Assembly: GCA_031119515.1 (NCBI GenBank)
Contig: JAVHXR010000001.1
Span: 1 to 34,596, forward strand
Reading direction: 5' to 3'
Origin: Propionicimonas sp.
GTDB lineage: Bacteria > Actinomycetota > Actinomycetes > Propionibacteriales > Propionibacteriaceae
DNA: 34,596 bases
The position numbers were made by a program, and so were the translations under genes. The notes under the pieces were generated by a model. The model made no database searches and had not been told where the DNA came from. It saw only the letters and a list, made by a program, of their open reading frames with translations. Positions within the stretch are counted from its first letter, which is position 1. Each line of letters opens with the position of its first letter. Positions 17,351 to 26,337 of this stretch are shown here, piece by piece.

Positions 17351-18412
17351 GTGAGCGCACGCGACATCCTGCGGATAGGCGAAACCGCGATCGGCGCCGG
17401 ACAACCCGTCTTCACTGCCGCGGAGATGTCCGGAAACCACAACGGCGACCTGTCGCGGGCCCTCGCGATCGTGGATGCCATCGCGGCCACCGGGGCCACA
17501 GCGGTGAAGCTCCAGACCTACACCGCGGACACCCTGACGATCGACGTCGATCTGCCCGCCTTCCGGGTCGCGGCCGACCACGAGTTGTGGGGCAGCCGCA
17601 ACCTCCACGCCCTGTACCAGCAGGCCCATACCCCGTGGGAATGGCACGAGGAGATCTTCGACCGCGCCCGCGGGCTCGGCCTGATCCCGTTCTCCACCCC
17701 GTTCGACCCGACGTCGGTGGCGTTCCTGGAGGAGCTGGGCGTCGGCCTGTACAAGACCGCCTCGGCCGAGATCGGGGACCTGCCGCTGCTGCGGGAGATC
17801 GGCCGGACCGGCAAGCCCGTGATCGTCTCGACCGGGATGGCGACCCTGGCGGAGATCGACGCCGCCGTGACGGCCGTCCGCGGCGTCGGCAACGACCAGG
17901 TGGTGCTGCTCGCCTGCACGGCGGCCTATCCCGCGCTCCCGCAGGAGGCCCGGCTGGGCAACATCGCCGTCCTGAGGGAGGCGTTCGACCTCCCGGTCGG
18001 CATCTCCGACCACACCCTCGGCATCGGCGTCAGCGTTGCGGCTGCCGCTCTCGGCGCGGTTGTGATCGAGAAGCACGTCACCCTGGACGACGACGCCGGC
18101 GGAGTGGATTCCGGCTTCTCCCTCACCCCCGCGGAGTTCTCCCGGCTGGTCACGGCCGCGGAGCAGGCCAGGGTCGCCGTCGCCAGCGGCACCGGGTTCG
18201 GGCCGACCGAGGAGGAGCGGGCGGTGCTCGCGTTGCGCCGATCGCTCTACGTGGTCGCAGACGTCCGGCGCGGCGACCTCGTCTCGGCCGCCAACGTCCG
18301 CTCGATCCGGCCCTCGGGCGGACTCGCGCCGGACGACTTCGCGCTGGTGGAGGGTCGCGCCTTCGCCGCCGACGTCTCCCGTGGTACGCCGCTGACCTGG
18401 GCCGTGCTGTAG
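17351..18412 (+). CDS. pseI: Pseudaminic acid synthase (NeuB family, C-terminal SAF domain)
   Basis: AEMSGNHNGD, AVKLQTYT, AHTPWEWH, YKTASAE, SDHTLG, IEKHVTL, RRSLYVV..NVRSIRP. Confidence 0.94.
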   Translation: MSARDILRIGETAIGAGQPVFTAAEMSGNHNGDLSRALAIVDAIAATGATAVKLQTYTADTLTIDVDLPAFRVAADHELWGSRNLHALYQQAHTPWEWHEEIFDRARGLGLIPFSTPFDPTSVAFLEELGVGLYKTASAEIGDLPLLREIGRTGKPVIVSTGMATLAEIDAAVTAVRGVGNDQVVLLACTAAYPALPQEARLGNIAVLREAFDLPVGISDHTLGIGVSVAAAALGAVVIEKHVTLDDDAGGVDSGFSLTPAEFSRLVTAAEQARVAVASGTGFGPTEEERAVLALRRSLYVVADVRRGDLVSAANVRSIRPSGGLAPDDFALVEGRAFAADVSRGTPLTWAVL

Positions 18413-18552
18413 CGGGCCCGCTCATCCCGGACGGGGAGCCGTCTCGCCGGCCCCGGCTGCGGGTCGGTTCCGCGTCCCCGACCGTCCGCCATAGCCACCC
18501 CTGCTCGCCACGCGTAGACTCGCGACGATCCGATCCCAGCGTGGGGGCAGGT

Positions 18553-20355
18553 ATGGGTGAACTCCGGCAGACCCCGATCGAGCCGACGCGCCAGCGTGCC
18601 TGGGCCGAGGCGATCGCGGCCGTGGCGGAGGACCTGGCGGGCGAGTTCCGGCTGCAGCCGCTGCTGGAGCGCATCCTGCGCAGCGCCGTCGAGTTGCTGG
18701 GTTGCCGCAGCGGCTCGCTGTGCCTGATCGACTCCGCCGCGCACACCTACCTGAAGCAGATCGACCTCGAGGAGGGCTGCCAGACCGGCCAGGTGTTCTC
18801 CCTGGACGAGGGAGTCACCGGCGCCGTCGCGAAGGCGCGCAAGCCCGTCGTCTACGAGGCCTACTCCCAGGTCGGGAGGGGCCACATCGAGCCCCACGAG
18901 CCGCGTTACCGGCGTGCCGTCATCGGTGCACCGATCCTGCGCCACGGCTCACCGATCGGGTCCCTGGTGGTGTTCGCAGGGACGGACGCGCAGCGCTTCA
19001 CCCAGGCCGACGCCGATCTGCTGCAGCACTTCGCCACCCATGCCGCGATCGCGATCGCCAACTCCCGGCTGCACGGGGAGTCGGCCGCCCGAGCGAAGGC
19101 GGACGCGGTGGTCGCCGAGCGGGAGCGGTCGATGCTGGAGCTGCACGACTCGGTGGGTCGGGGCCTGGCGACGATCATCCTCAAGCTCGGCGAGGCGCAC
19201 CAGCAGCTCAGCCGGGGCGGCGACGCCGTCCCTGCCCTGCTGGACGCCCAGCGTTCGGCCGAGGAGACGCTGAACGAGGGACGGCGGGCGGTCTGGGGGC
19301 TCCGGCCGGCGGGCCACAGCCGGCGGTCGCTCGCCGACAGCATCCGGCTCGACCTGGAGTGGCTGGAAGCGACGACCGGGCTCACCCCGGTGTTCCGCGA
19401 GTTCGGCGAGCCGCAGGAGGTCGCCCCCGGCGTCGAGCACCAGCTGCTGCGGATCGTCGGCGAGGCGCTGGCCAATGTCACCCAGCACGCCCGCGCCAGC
19501 ATGGTCCGACTGGGCCTGGTGTACGGATCGGACGGGATCGCCGTCATCGTCGAGGACGACGGCGCCGGCTTCGACCTCGACGCCGAGCTGGCCAGGCCGC
19601 GCGGGGTCGGGCTGCCGGGTCTGGTCGCCCGCGCCGGCCAGGTCGGCGGCCGCGTCCGGATCGACTCGACGCCCGGCTGGGGGACGCGGGTACGGGCGGA
19701 CCTGCCCTTCCACCCGGCCGGCAACGGGGTCACCGACGGCCCGAGGCTGCGCGTGCTGGTCGTCCACGGCCAGCCTGCGATGCGGGCCGGGCTGGTGCGG
19801 CTGCTCGCGCAGAGCGAGCCGACGGTGCAGGTGGTCGCCGAGGTGGGGGAGCTGACCGAGGCGGTCGAGGCCGTCCGGCTGCTGCGCCCGGACGTCGTGC
19901 TGGCCGGCACACGACTGCCGGGCACCACCGGGCCCTCGTTGGTGACCGCCGTCGCCGCCGTCGACGCCGCCGTCGGTGTGGTCGCGGTGAACGACCGCCC
20001 CACCGCCGCCGAGGCGGAGGTGCGGGAGTGGGCCGCGGCCGGGGCGCGCGGCTTCGTGAACTCCGATGCCGACGCCACCGCCGTCGGAAGGGCCGTGGTG
20101 GGCGTCGCCAGGGGCGACGTGCTGGTGCTCGGCGGGATGCTCGAGCAGCTCGGCGGGCTGCCGTCGGTGGACGGCGACCTGCGGCTCACCCAGCGCGAGG
20201 CCGAGGTGCGCGGCCTGGTCGAGCAGGGGATGGCGGACAAGCAGATCGCGCACCGCCTCGGAATCTCGGTGAAGACGGTCGAGAAGCACGTCTCCGCGGT
20301 GCTGCGAAAGGCCCGGGTGCGCTCGCGGACGGAGTTGCTGGTGCGCTCCGGCTGA
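18553..20355 (+). CDS. Single-chain hybrid regulator: GAF, HisKA_3, HATPase, degenerate receiver, LuxR HTH
   Basis: EGVTG/AAIAIAN (GAF), ELHDSVG (H box), EALANVTQHA, EDDGAGFD, GVGL, GWGTRV, then RVLVV..PDVVL, then LTQREAEV..ADKQIA.RLGISVKTVEKHVS. Confidence 0.88.
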   Translation: MGELRQTPIEPTRQRAWAEAIAAVAEDLAGEFRLQPLLERILRSAVELLGCRSGSLCLIDSAAHTYLKQIDLEEGCQTGQVFSLDEGVTGAVAKARKPVVYEAYSQVGRGHIEPHEPRYRRAVIGAPILRHGSPIGSLVVFAGTDAQRFTQADADLLQHFATHAAIAIANSRLHGESAARAKADAVVAERERSMLELHDSVGRGLATIILKLGEAHQQLSRGGDAVPALLDAQRSAEETLNEGRRAVWGLRPAGHSRRSLADSIRLDLEWLEATTGLTPVFREFGEPQEVAPGVEHQLLRIVGEALANVTQHARASMVRLGLVYGSDGIAVIVEDDGAGFDLDAELARPRGVGLPGLVARAGQVGGRVRIDSTPGWGTRVRADLPFHPAGNGVTDGPRLRVLVVHGQPAMRAGLVRLLAQSEPTVQVVAEVGELTEAVEAVRLLRPDVVLAGTRLPGTTGPSLVTAVAAVDAAVGVVAVNDRPTAAEAEVREWAAAGARGFVNSDADATAVGRAVVGVARGDVLVLGGMLEQLGGLPSVDGDLRLTQREAEVRGLVEQGMADKQIAHRLGISVKTVEKHVSAVLRKARVRSRTELLVRSG

Positions 20356-20457
20356 GGAGTGCACCCCATGGGCCGCCTGCCGACGAATCCCCCGGATCCC
20401 CGGCGGGGTCGAGGCTTCCTGCCTAGGGTGGGAGCCGTCGACTTGGGGTGAGGAGCG

Positions 20458-22011
20458 GTGATGGATCGGCCGGCCGCGGGTTCCGGAGGACGGCCCGGGC
20501 GAGCGTTGAGTTGGACGGTGGTCGGCGCCCTGATGGTGTGGCCGGCAGGGCTCGTGACAGCGGCGACCAGTCATGGGCCGGGCGCGACGCCCGACTCGGT
20601 GAACTATCTCGCCGGTGCCGAGTCCTTCGCGCGCAGCGGTGACGTGCTGATGGTCAACGGCAACCCCATGACGCTGTTTCCGCCGGGGCTGCCGGTCATC
20701 CTCGGCTCGCTCCTGAGCCTGGGGGTCGACGTGCCGACCGCGGCGGTGGTGCTGAACGTGTTCGCGGTCGCCGCCATGGTGGCCCTCAGCTACGCGTTGG
20801 CCCGAGCCCTGGGTCTTCCCCGACTGGCCTCCCTCGCGTGCACCGCCGTGGTGGCGGTCTCCAAAGCGACGCTGTTCGTCCACGCCTACCTGTTCAGCGA
20901 GCCGCTCTTCTCCGCGCTTGTCCTGGTGACGCTGCTCCTGGTGGTGAACGGCTGCCGGGCCGGGGGATTCTCCTGGCCGCGGCTGGTCCTGGTGGGGGTT
21001 GCCACGAGCGCGGCCATCTCGCTCCGCTATCTCGGGCTGCTCCTGATCCCGGTTGTGGTCGCAACGGTGTTCGGTGTCCTCCTGCCACGGGTCGGATGGC
21101 TCAGGGCGGGTGCCCGGGCGGGTGTCGCCGGGGTGGTGTCGTCGATCGGCCTGGTCGCGGTGGTGACCCGCAACCTGTCCCTGGGTTCGGGGCCGCTCGG
21201 GCCGCGCACCGCCGGCGTCGTCTCGCCGCTCGACGTCCTTGCGCAGGCGATGACTGCGCTCGGCGACTACGTTCTGGCGGGACGACTGGCACACCTGGCG
21301 CCGGTCGTCGGCTCCGCGGTGGCGGCCGCTCTTGTGGCGTCGGTCGTCGTCGCGCTGGTGCGACGCGATCCGCGGGCGCTCACCCTCGCCGGGTTCGCCG
21401 GGCTGTGGTGGGTGGTGCTTGCGTGGAGCGAACTCACCACCGTGATCGACCCGATCGGCGCTCGCCTGCTGGCCCCCGCCCTCACTCCGATGGTGGTGTT
21501 GATCGGTTATGGAGCCCACGAGTTGGTGCGAGCCCCCGCCGGTCGCTCGAGGCGGGCCGCAGTGCGTCGTCCGGTCGTGGTGGTCGCGGGCGTCGCCCTG
21601 GCGGCCGTGTTGAGCCTCCCGGTCGCAGGCTCGGTCGAGTATGCCCGCAACACGAGCAGGTGGGGCATCGGATTCAGCGGTGTCGCGCTCCAGCGGTCAC
21701 CGCTGTTCGCCGCGATAGCGGGACTGCCGCCGGACGCGGGGATCGCCATGGGCTACCCGGAACGGCTGTACTGGGTGAGCGGAAGGACGGCGGCGGGCAC
21801 CGTTCCGCGGGATGACCACTGGTTCCCGCCCGCGCGTCAGAAGCGGGATCTGGCGATACTCCGGGACAAGATCGACAGCGGCGTCGTCACCCACGTCGCG
21901 TTCTACGAGCGGGACGCCACCACCTTGAAGCCGGCCGACCTCGTGGCCTTCGGCTTGCGGCTGGAGTTGCTCGAGAACTTCGAGGACGGAGCGCTCTACG
22001 AGGCGGGTTGA
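20458..22011 (+). CDS. Polytopic membrane GT-C glycosyltransferase (ArnT/PMT-like, GT39/GT83 type)
   Basis: TPDSVNYL..A after the first TM, FPPGLP, SEPLF, many hydrophobic segments, soluble C-terminal domain; GAGGAG RBS; candidate -10 TAGGGT at 20424. Confidence 0.75.
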   Translation: MMDRPAAGSGGRPGRALSWTVVGALMVWPAGLVTAATSHGPGATPDSVNYLAGAESFARSGDVLMVNGNPMTLFPPGLPVILGSLLSLGVDVPTAAVVLNVFAVAAMVALSYALARALGLPRLASLACTAVVAVSKATLFVHAYLFSEPLFSALVLVTLLLVVNGCRAGGFSWPRLVLVGVATSAAISLRYLGLLLIPVVVATVFGVLLPRVGWLRAGARAGVAGVVSSIGLVAVVTRNLSLGSGPLGPRTAGVVSPLDVLAQAMTALGDYVLAGRLAHLAPVVGSAVAAALVASVVVALVRRDPRALTLAGFAGLWWVVLAWSELTTVIDPIGARLLAPALTPMVVLIGYGAHELVRAPAGRSRRAAVRRPVVVVAGVALAAVLSLPVAGSVEYARNTSRWGIGFSGVALQRSPLFAAIAGLPPDAGIAMGYPERLYWVSGRTAAGTVPRDDHWFPPARQKRDLAILRDKIDSGVVTHVAFYERDATTLKPADLVAFGLRLELLENFEDGALYEAG

Positions 22012-23513
22012 TCGTCTCGCACCGATCCGGCCCGCAGCGCCGCCCGCCCGTCGTGATCGGTGAGCCCGACCCAGTCCTGCGCCAACCGGACCGGTCCCTC
22101 GGCGACGGTGTCGCGGGGGAGGCGCACCCACCGATCGGTGCGACCGGTCGCGGTCTCGAATCCCAACCGGAGCAGCGTCTCCCCGGTCCCGAGTGCCTCC
22201 CGCGGGACGGTGATCCGGGCGGTGTGCTGTGCCCCGGCGGCGTCCTTGAGCGCCAGCTGGACCGGCACCTCGAAGACGGGTCGGTCGTCGCGCAGCCCGC
22301 GCAGTACGACTCGCTCGAGGGCTTGATCCAGGTCGTGAGCGCCCTGGATGCGTAGCCGCAGTCGGAACGTGACCCCGGTGGTGTCCGCCTCGAGGGAGTC
22401 CGCCCAGGCCCGGGTGCTGCCGGTTCGCAGCAGGGCGTGGGTTGCGTCGGAACTCGTCGGGACGGCGAGGTAGAGGTCGCCTCGGTAGGCCTCGAGGCGC
22501 CGCGTCAGCCGCGGCAGGTCAAGGAACGAGGCGACGTCGTTCTCCATCATCGTGACGAAGCCGGCGCGTTCGGACGCATCCCTCGTCGCCCCGAGCACGA
22601 CGTCGGGGTCCGCTCCCGAGAGCGCTCGGCGAGCCCGGGCGAAGAACTCCTCGCGTCGCCCAGGGGGAAGCGCAGACGGTGCGCGCCGGACGAACCCCTG
22701 GAAGCTGCGGACCAGGAACGACTGCAGCACCGGTCGGCGTCGCGGCGGCAGCCGGGGCGCGAGCCGGGCGAGGCGCTCGACAACCGCGAGGTGATCCCAG
22801 TAGTTCTCGAGCCTGGTGAAGTGCGCGTCCATGATCGACCCGCCTTCGGCTCGCTTGCGGTACCGATGGACGGCGTCGCCGACCAGCCCGAGCCGCTCCT
22901 GGCGGAGCATCAGTGGGACCGTGACGAGGGCGTCCTCGAAGTGCATTCGCTCGCCGAAGCGCAGTCCGCTCGCCCGCAGCGCGCGCGTCCGGTAGAGCTT
23001 GTTGCAGGTCCTCGCGTCGTGGACGAGCAACGGGACCTCGTCCAGGTTCGTCACCGAGCGCGCACCCTGATCGAAGTAGCCGCTCCACGGCCAGGTCCGG
23101 CCGATCGGGAACTGCTCGGTCGCCCCGATCGCGAGGTCCAGGTCGTCTTCCGTCACCGCGCCGAGCAACAACTCGACTGCCCGGGGGGTGAGTTCGTCGT
23201 CGCCGTCGACGAACATCACGAAGCGAGTCGCGACCCGACGCAACCCATGGTTGCGCGCGGAACCGGGCCCGGGTCCGCCGTTCCGCTGCGTCAGGCACTG
23301 GATCCGGGAGTCAAGTGCCGCATAGCGCGCGCCGACCTCGCCGGTGTCGTCGACGCTGCCGTCGTCCACCACGATCGCCAGGCAGCGCGCCCACTCCGTC
23401 TGTGCCCGGAGCGAGTCGAGGCAGGCCCCGAGGTAGCGGCCCACATTGTGGGCAGGGACGACGATGGTGACCTCGGCCCGGCGATCGGCCCGCCGGGGCC
23501 ACCGGTCAGGCAC
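21996..23513 (-). CDS. Glycosyltransferase family 2 (TarS/TarP-like) with C-terminal beta-rich domain
   Basis: VTIVVPAHN, VVDDGSVD, SARNHG, FVDGDD, NKLYR, FEDAL; GTG start overlapping the upstream stop. Confidence 0.88.
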   Translation of the reverse strand: MPDRWPRRADRRAEVTIVVPAHNVGRYLGACLDSLRAQTEWARCLAIVVDDGSVDDTGEVGARYAALDSRIQCLTQRNGGPGPGSARNHGLRRVATRFVMFVDGDDELTPRAVELLLGAVTEDDLDLAIGATEQFPIGRTWPWSGYFDQGARSVTNLDEVPLLVHDARTCNKLYRTRALRASGLRFGERMHFEDALVTVPLMLRQERLGLVGDAVHRYRKRAEGGSIMDAHFTRLENYWDHLAVVERLARLAPRLPPRRRPVLQSFLVRSFQGFVRRAPSALPPGRREEFFARARRALSGADPDVVLGATRDASERAGFVTMMENDVASFLDLPRLTRRLEAYRGDLYLAVPTSSDATHALLRTGSTRAWADSLEADTTGVTFRLRLRIQGAHDLDQALERVVLRGLRDDRPVFEVPVQLALKDAAGAQHTARITVPREALGTGETLLRLGFETATGRTDRWVRLPRDTVAEGPVRLAQDWVGLTDHDGRAALRAGSVRDDQPAS

Positions 23514-26337
23514 CACCGGAGAACCGGTCGGGCACCCGCCGGACGCGGGCCCACAGGGACGGGCGGACAACGATCGACTGGGTGACCCCCCCGCTCGCCG
23601 GCGAGACCCGGGCCAGCCGGGAGAGCCCAGCCGGCAGGCGCACCACCCGGCAACGCAGCTGGCGTCGTCGCAGGCCGAACCCGTCCTCGTACTCCACCGT
23701 GAGGTCCCAGGTCCCGGGGGGGACGGCAACCGTCTGCAGGGTCGCGGTCCAGCCGGATCCGTCGGCCGCCGGCACGATCCTGCCGAGCGGGAGGCGGACC
23801 CGCTCGCCGTCGAGTCGCCGCACCGCGAGGACGCGAAGATACCGGATCGCGCCCGGGATCGCGGGGCCGCTCAGCCGCGCGCTGCCCCAGCCTGAACGGA
23901 ACACCGCCCCCGTGATCGGCGCCGTCGGCACGAGAAGGCCGAGCACATCCTCGGCGGAGCCCTTGCGCAGGGCGTGCGACACCAGGTCCTCCTGGCCCGC
24001 GGGGACGGTTGCCGGTACCGCGTGGTGGTCAGAAGCGAGTGCCCGCGACACCTCGATCGCTCGCTGCGCATCCGTCAGGGTCGCGCGTTCGCCAGCGCCG
24101 AGCAGGCGTCGCACGATCATCCCCCAGGCCAGCCTGCTGAGCGCTTCGGAGTCCACCAGGCCGGTCCGGGCGACTGCCTCGACCACGTCCAGCGCCTCTG
24201 CGAGGACGACCCGCCGGCCCTCCCACAACTCGGCCGCCAGCTTGGCTGCGGGCGCGAGCTCGTGGCGGCGGAGGAGCGCCAGCACGCCCTGCAACGCCGG
24301 CTCCTGGCGCTGCAGCCATCCGTCGGGTGCGGCATCCAGCAGACTGGCGAGTTCGGTTGGCACCCGATCGTGCTCCGGCGCTGCCTCGGCGCGACCCGCC
24401 AGATACGGTCGCAGGTTGTAGCGAAGGTGCGCAGGAAGCGCGCGGGTCCAGTACTCTTCCGTGAGCGCCGGCTCGGCGGTGAGCTGGATCAGACGGGCGT
24501 AGACCGACTCTTGGGTGGCCCAACTCGCGATCGACTCGTCGTTGCCGGCCTTCATTCTCGACGTCATCGAGCCGGCGCCCGGTCGGGTCCGGTAGACGTA
24601 CACCACGTCGGGGATCACGGTCAGCCGCGGCCTGCTCGTGAAGGCGACCCCGAGGGGCAGGATGTCGTTGCCACGCGGCACGCTTGCGAAGGAGATCCGG
24701 TGGGCGGCCCAGAAGTCGCGACGGAAGAGCTTGTCCCAGCTGCTGCGATTGCCCAGCAGTCTGGTGTGGTCGGCGGGCTCGATCCCATCCAGCCGGATGC
24801 CGTAGCCGTACCGGTCGACCGGATCCCAGGTCTGGGTCGCATGGAAGTGGAGGTACCTGCCGGCCGTGATGTCGGCTCCGGTCCGCTCGGCGGCGGTGAC
24901 CAGCGCCACGTACGCGCGGGGCGGGACGAGATCGTCCCCGTCGGCGAAGGCGAGGTACTCCCCGGTTGCGACCTCGATCGCGAAGTTGCGGGCCTGCGCG
25001 CCGCCCCGCCCGGGCGAGCGGAAGGCGCGGAGGCGGGGATCCTCGGCGGAGTGCCGTTGGATGATGTCCCAGGCGTCATCGGTCGAGGAGTCGTCGACCA
25101 CCAGGATCTCGAGGGCGCGGTAACTGGACGCGCGAATGCTGCGAAGGGTTTCGTCGAGGTACTCCTCGACGTCGTGGGTCGGGATGACGACGGATACCGT
25201 CGGGGCAGCGTGGCCGGTCTCTCGAAGGTCGGGCCCGGGCGAGCCGAGAATGCGACTGCGGAACGCCTGCTTGAGGGTGAGGTCGCCGAGGCCGAGGGTG
25301 GTGACGAGTTCGGCGGGCAGGTCATCGTCCAGCCCTGAGAGGTCGGGTTCCGGGTGGGACGACTGACGCCCTCCCACGAGCGTGAGCAGATCCTCCCGGC
25401 CGAGGGCGAGCAGTGCCACCGCCCACCTCGTCTCGGCGGTCTGGCCAGCGAGGGCGCGCGGGGGGGCGGACGCCACGAGGTCCCGTACCAGGGCGGCGGT
25501 ACCGGGGACGCTGGCGGCGGCTGCGGTCAGGGCCGGCAGCCGCCAGAGCAGTTCGTCGACGAGCGCCTTGCGGGCGAAGACAGAGCGGGCGGCTTCCAGG
25601 CCGGCCTCGCGGAGCACCCGCATCGCCTCGGTCGTCACACTCGCCCAGTCGGCGAGCATCCGCGCCGTGCCGAGGGACGCGGTCTCCGAGCCGGTGCGTC
25701 GCCGGTAGAAGTAGCCGACCTCGGGGACCACGTCGACCGCGCGGGCACGGGCGTAGGCGTGCGTCGCCTGCCAGACGTCCTCGTGCCGGGTTCCCTCCGG
25801 CCAGACGAGATCGAACTCGAGCAGGAAGTCCCGGCGGAAGACCTTGTTGACGGGTGAGTGGTCGAGGACCAGGCCGGGAGCCTCCAGGAGCGAGACCCGC
25901 TCGTGCCGGGTACGGAACTCCGGGCCGCGGTTGGTCCAGTAGCGGCGTCGATGACGGCCGCCGAAGTCCTCGATCGGGCTGGTCGCAAAGTCCGAGCCGG
26001 TTCGCTCGAGGCTCCCCACCAGCCGCTCGAAGGCGCTCTCGGCAACGAGGTCGTCGCCATCGACGAAGGTGACGTAGCGCCCGCGCGCGACCCTCAGGCC
26101 GGTGTTCCGGGCCGCCGCCGGGCCGCGGTTGGACCGGTGTTGGAGCACTCGCACCCTGTGGTCGCCCGCGCGGTGCAGCTCGGCCACCGCCCTCGAACGG
26201 TCTGGTGACCTGTCGTCGACCACCAGGACCTCGAGGTCGGCCAGCGATTGGCGCAGGACCGACCACAGGCAGTCGCCCAGCCACGCCTCCACGTTGTACG
26301 CGGGGATCACCACGCTCAGCAGGGGATTGCTCGCCAT
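23506..26337 (-). CDS. Bifunctional glycosyltransferase with two tandem GT2 domains
   Basis: Domain 1: LSVVIPAYN..DDRSPD..ARN.G..FVDGDD..NKVFRR..HED; domain 2: VSVVIPTHD..DDSSTD..ARN..FADGDD..DKLFRR..GND. Confidence 0.9.
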   Translation of the reverse strand: MASNPLLSVVIPAYNVEAWLGDCLWSVLRQSLADLEVLVVDDRSPDRSRAVAELHRAGDHRVRVLQHRSNRGPAAARNTGLRVARGRYVTFVDGDDLVAESAFERLVGSLERTGSDFATSPIEDFGGRHRRRYWTNRGPEFRTRHERVSLLEAPGLVLDHSPVNKVFRRDFLLEFDLVWPEGTRHEDVWQATHAYARARAVDVVPEVGYFYRRRTGSETASLGTARMLADWASVTTEAMRVLREAGLEAARSVFARKALVDELLWRLPALTAAAASVPGTAALVRDLVASAPPRALAGQTAETRWAVALLALGREDLLTLVGGRQSSHPEPDLSGLDDDLPAELVTTLGLGDLTLKQAFRSRILGSPGPDLRETGHAAPTVSVVIPTHDVEEYLDETLRSIRASSYRALEILVVDDSSTDDAWDIIQRHSAEDPRLRAFRSPGRGGAQARNFAIEVATGEYLAFADGDDLVPPRAYVALVTAAERTGADITAGRYLHFHATQTWDPVDRYGYGIRLDGIEPADHTRLLGNRSSWDKLFRRDFWAAHRISFASVPRGNDILPLGVAFTSRPRLTVIPDVVYVYRTRPGAGSMTSRMKAGNDESIASWATQESVYARLIQLTAEPALTEEYWTRALPAHLRYNLRPYLAGRAEAAPEHDRVPTELASLLDAAPDGWLQRQEPALQGVLALLRRHELAPAAKLAAELWEGRRVVLAEALDVVEAVARTGLVDSEALSRLAWGMIVRRLLGAGERATLTDAQRAIEVSRALASDHHAVPATVPAGQEDLVSHALRKGSAEDVLGLLVPTAPITGAVFRSGWGSARLSGPAIPGAIRYLRVLAVRRLDGERVRLPLGRIVPAADGSGWTATLQTVAVPPGTWDLTVEYEDGFGLRRRQLRCRVVRLPAGLSRLARVSPASGGVTQSIVVRPSLWARVRRVPDRFSGGA

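Noticed and set aside
16298-18076. Apparent 704-aa PseI and 578-aa PseB overlapping each other
   Set aside because: Each extension is the stop-free antisense frame of the other gene; family homology begins at 17351 and 17332
17587-18552. 922-aa version of the hybrid regulator
   Set aside because: The upstream part is an off-frame reading of pseI with low-complexity Arg/Gly/Pro content
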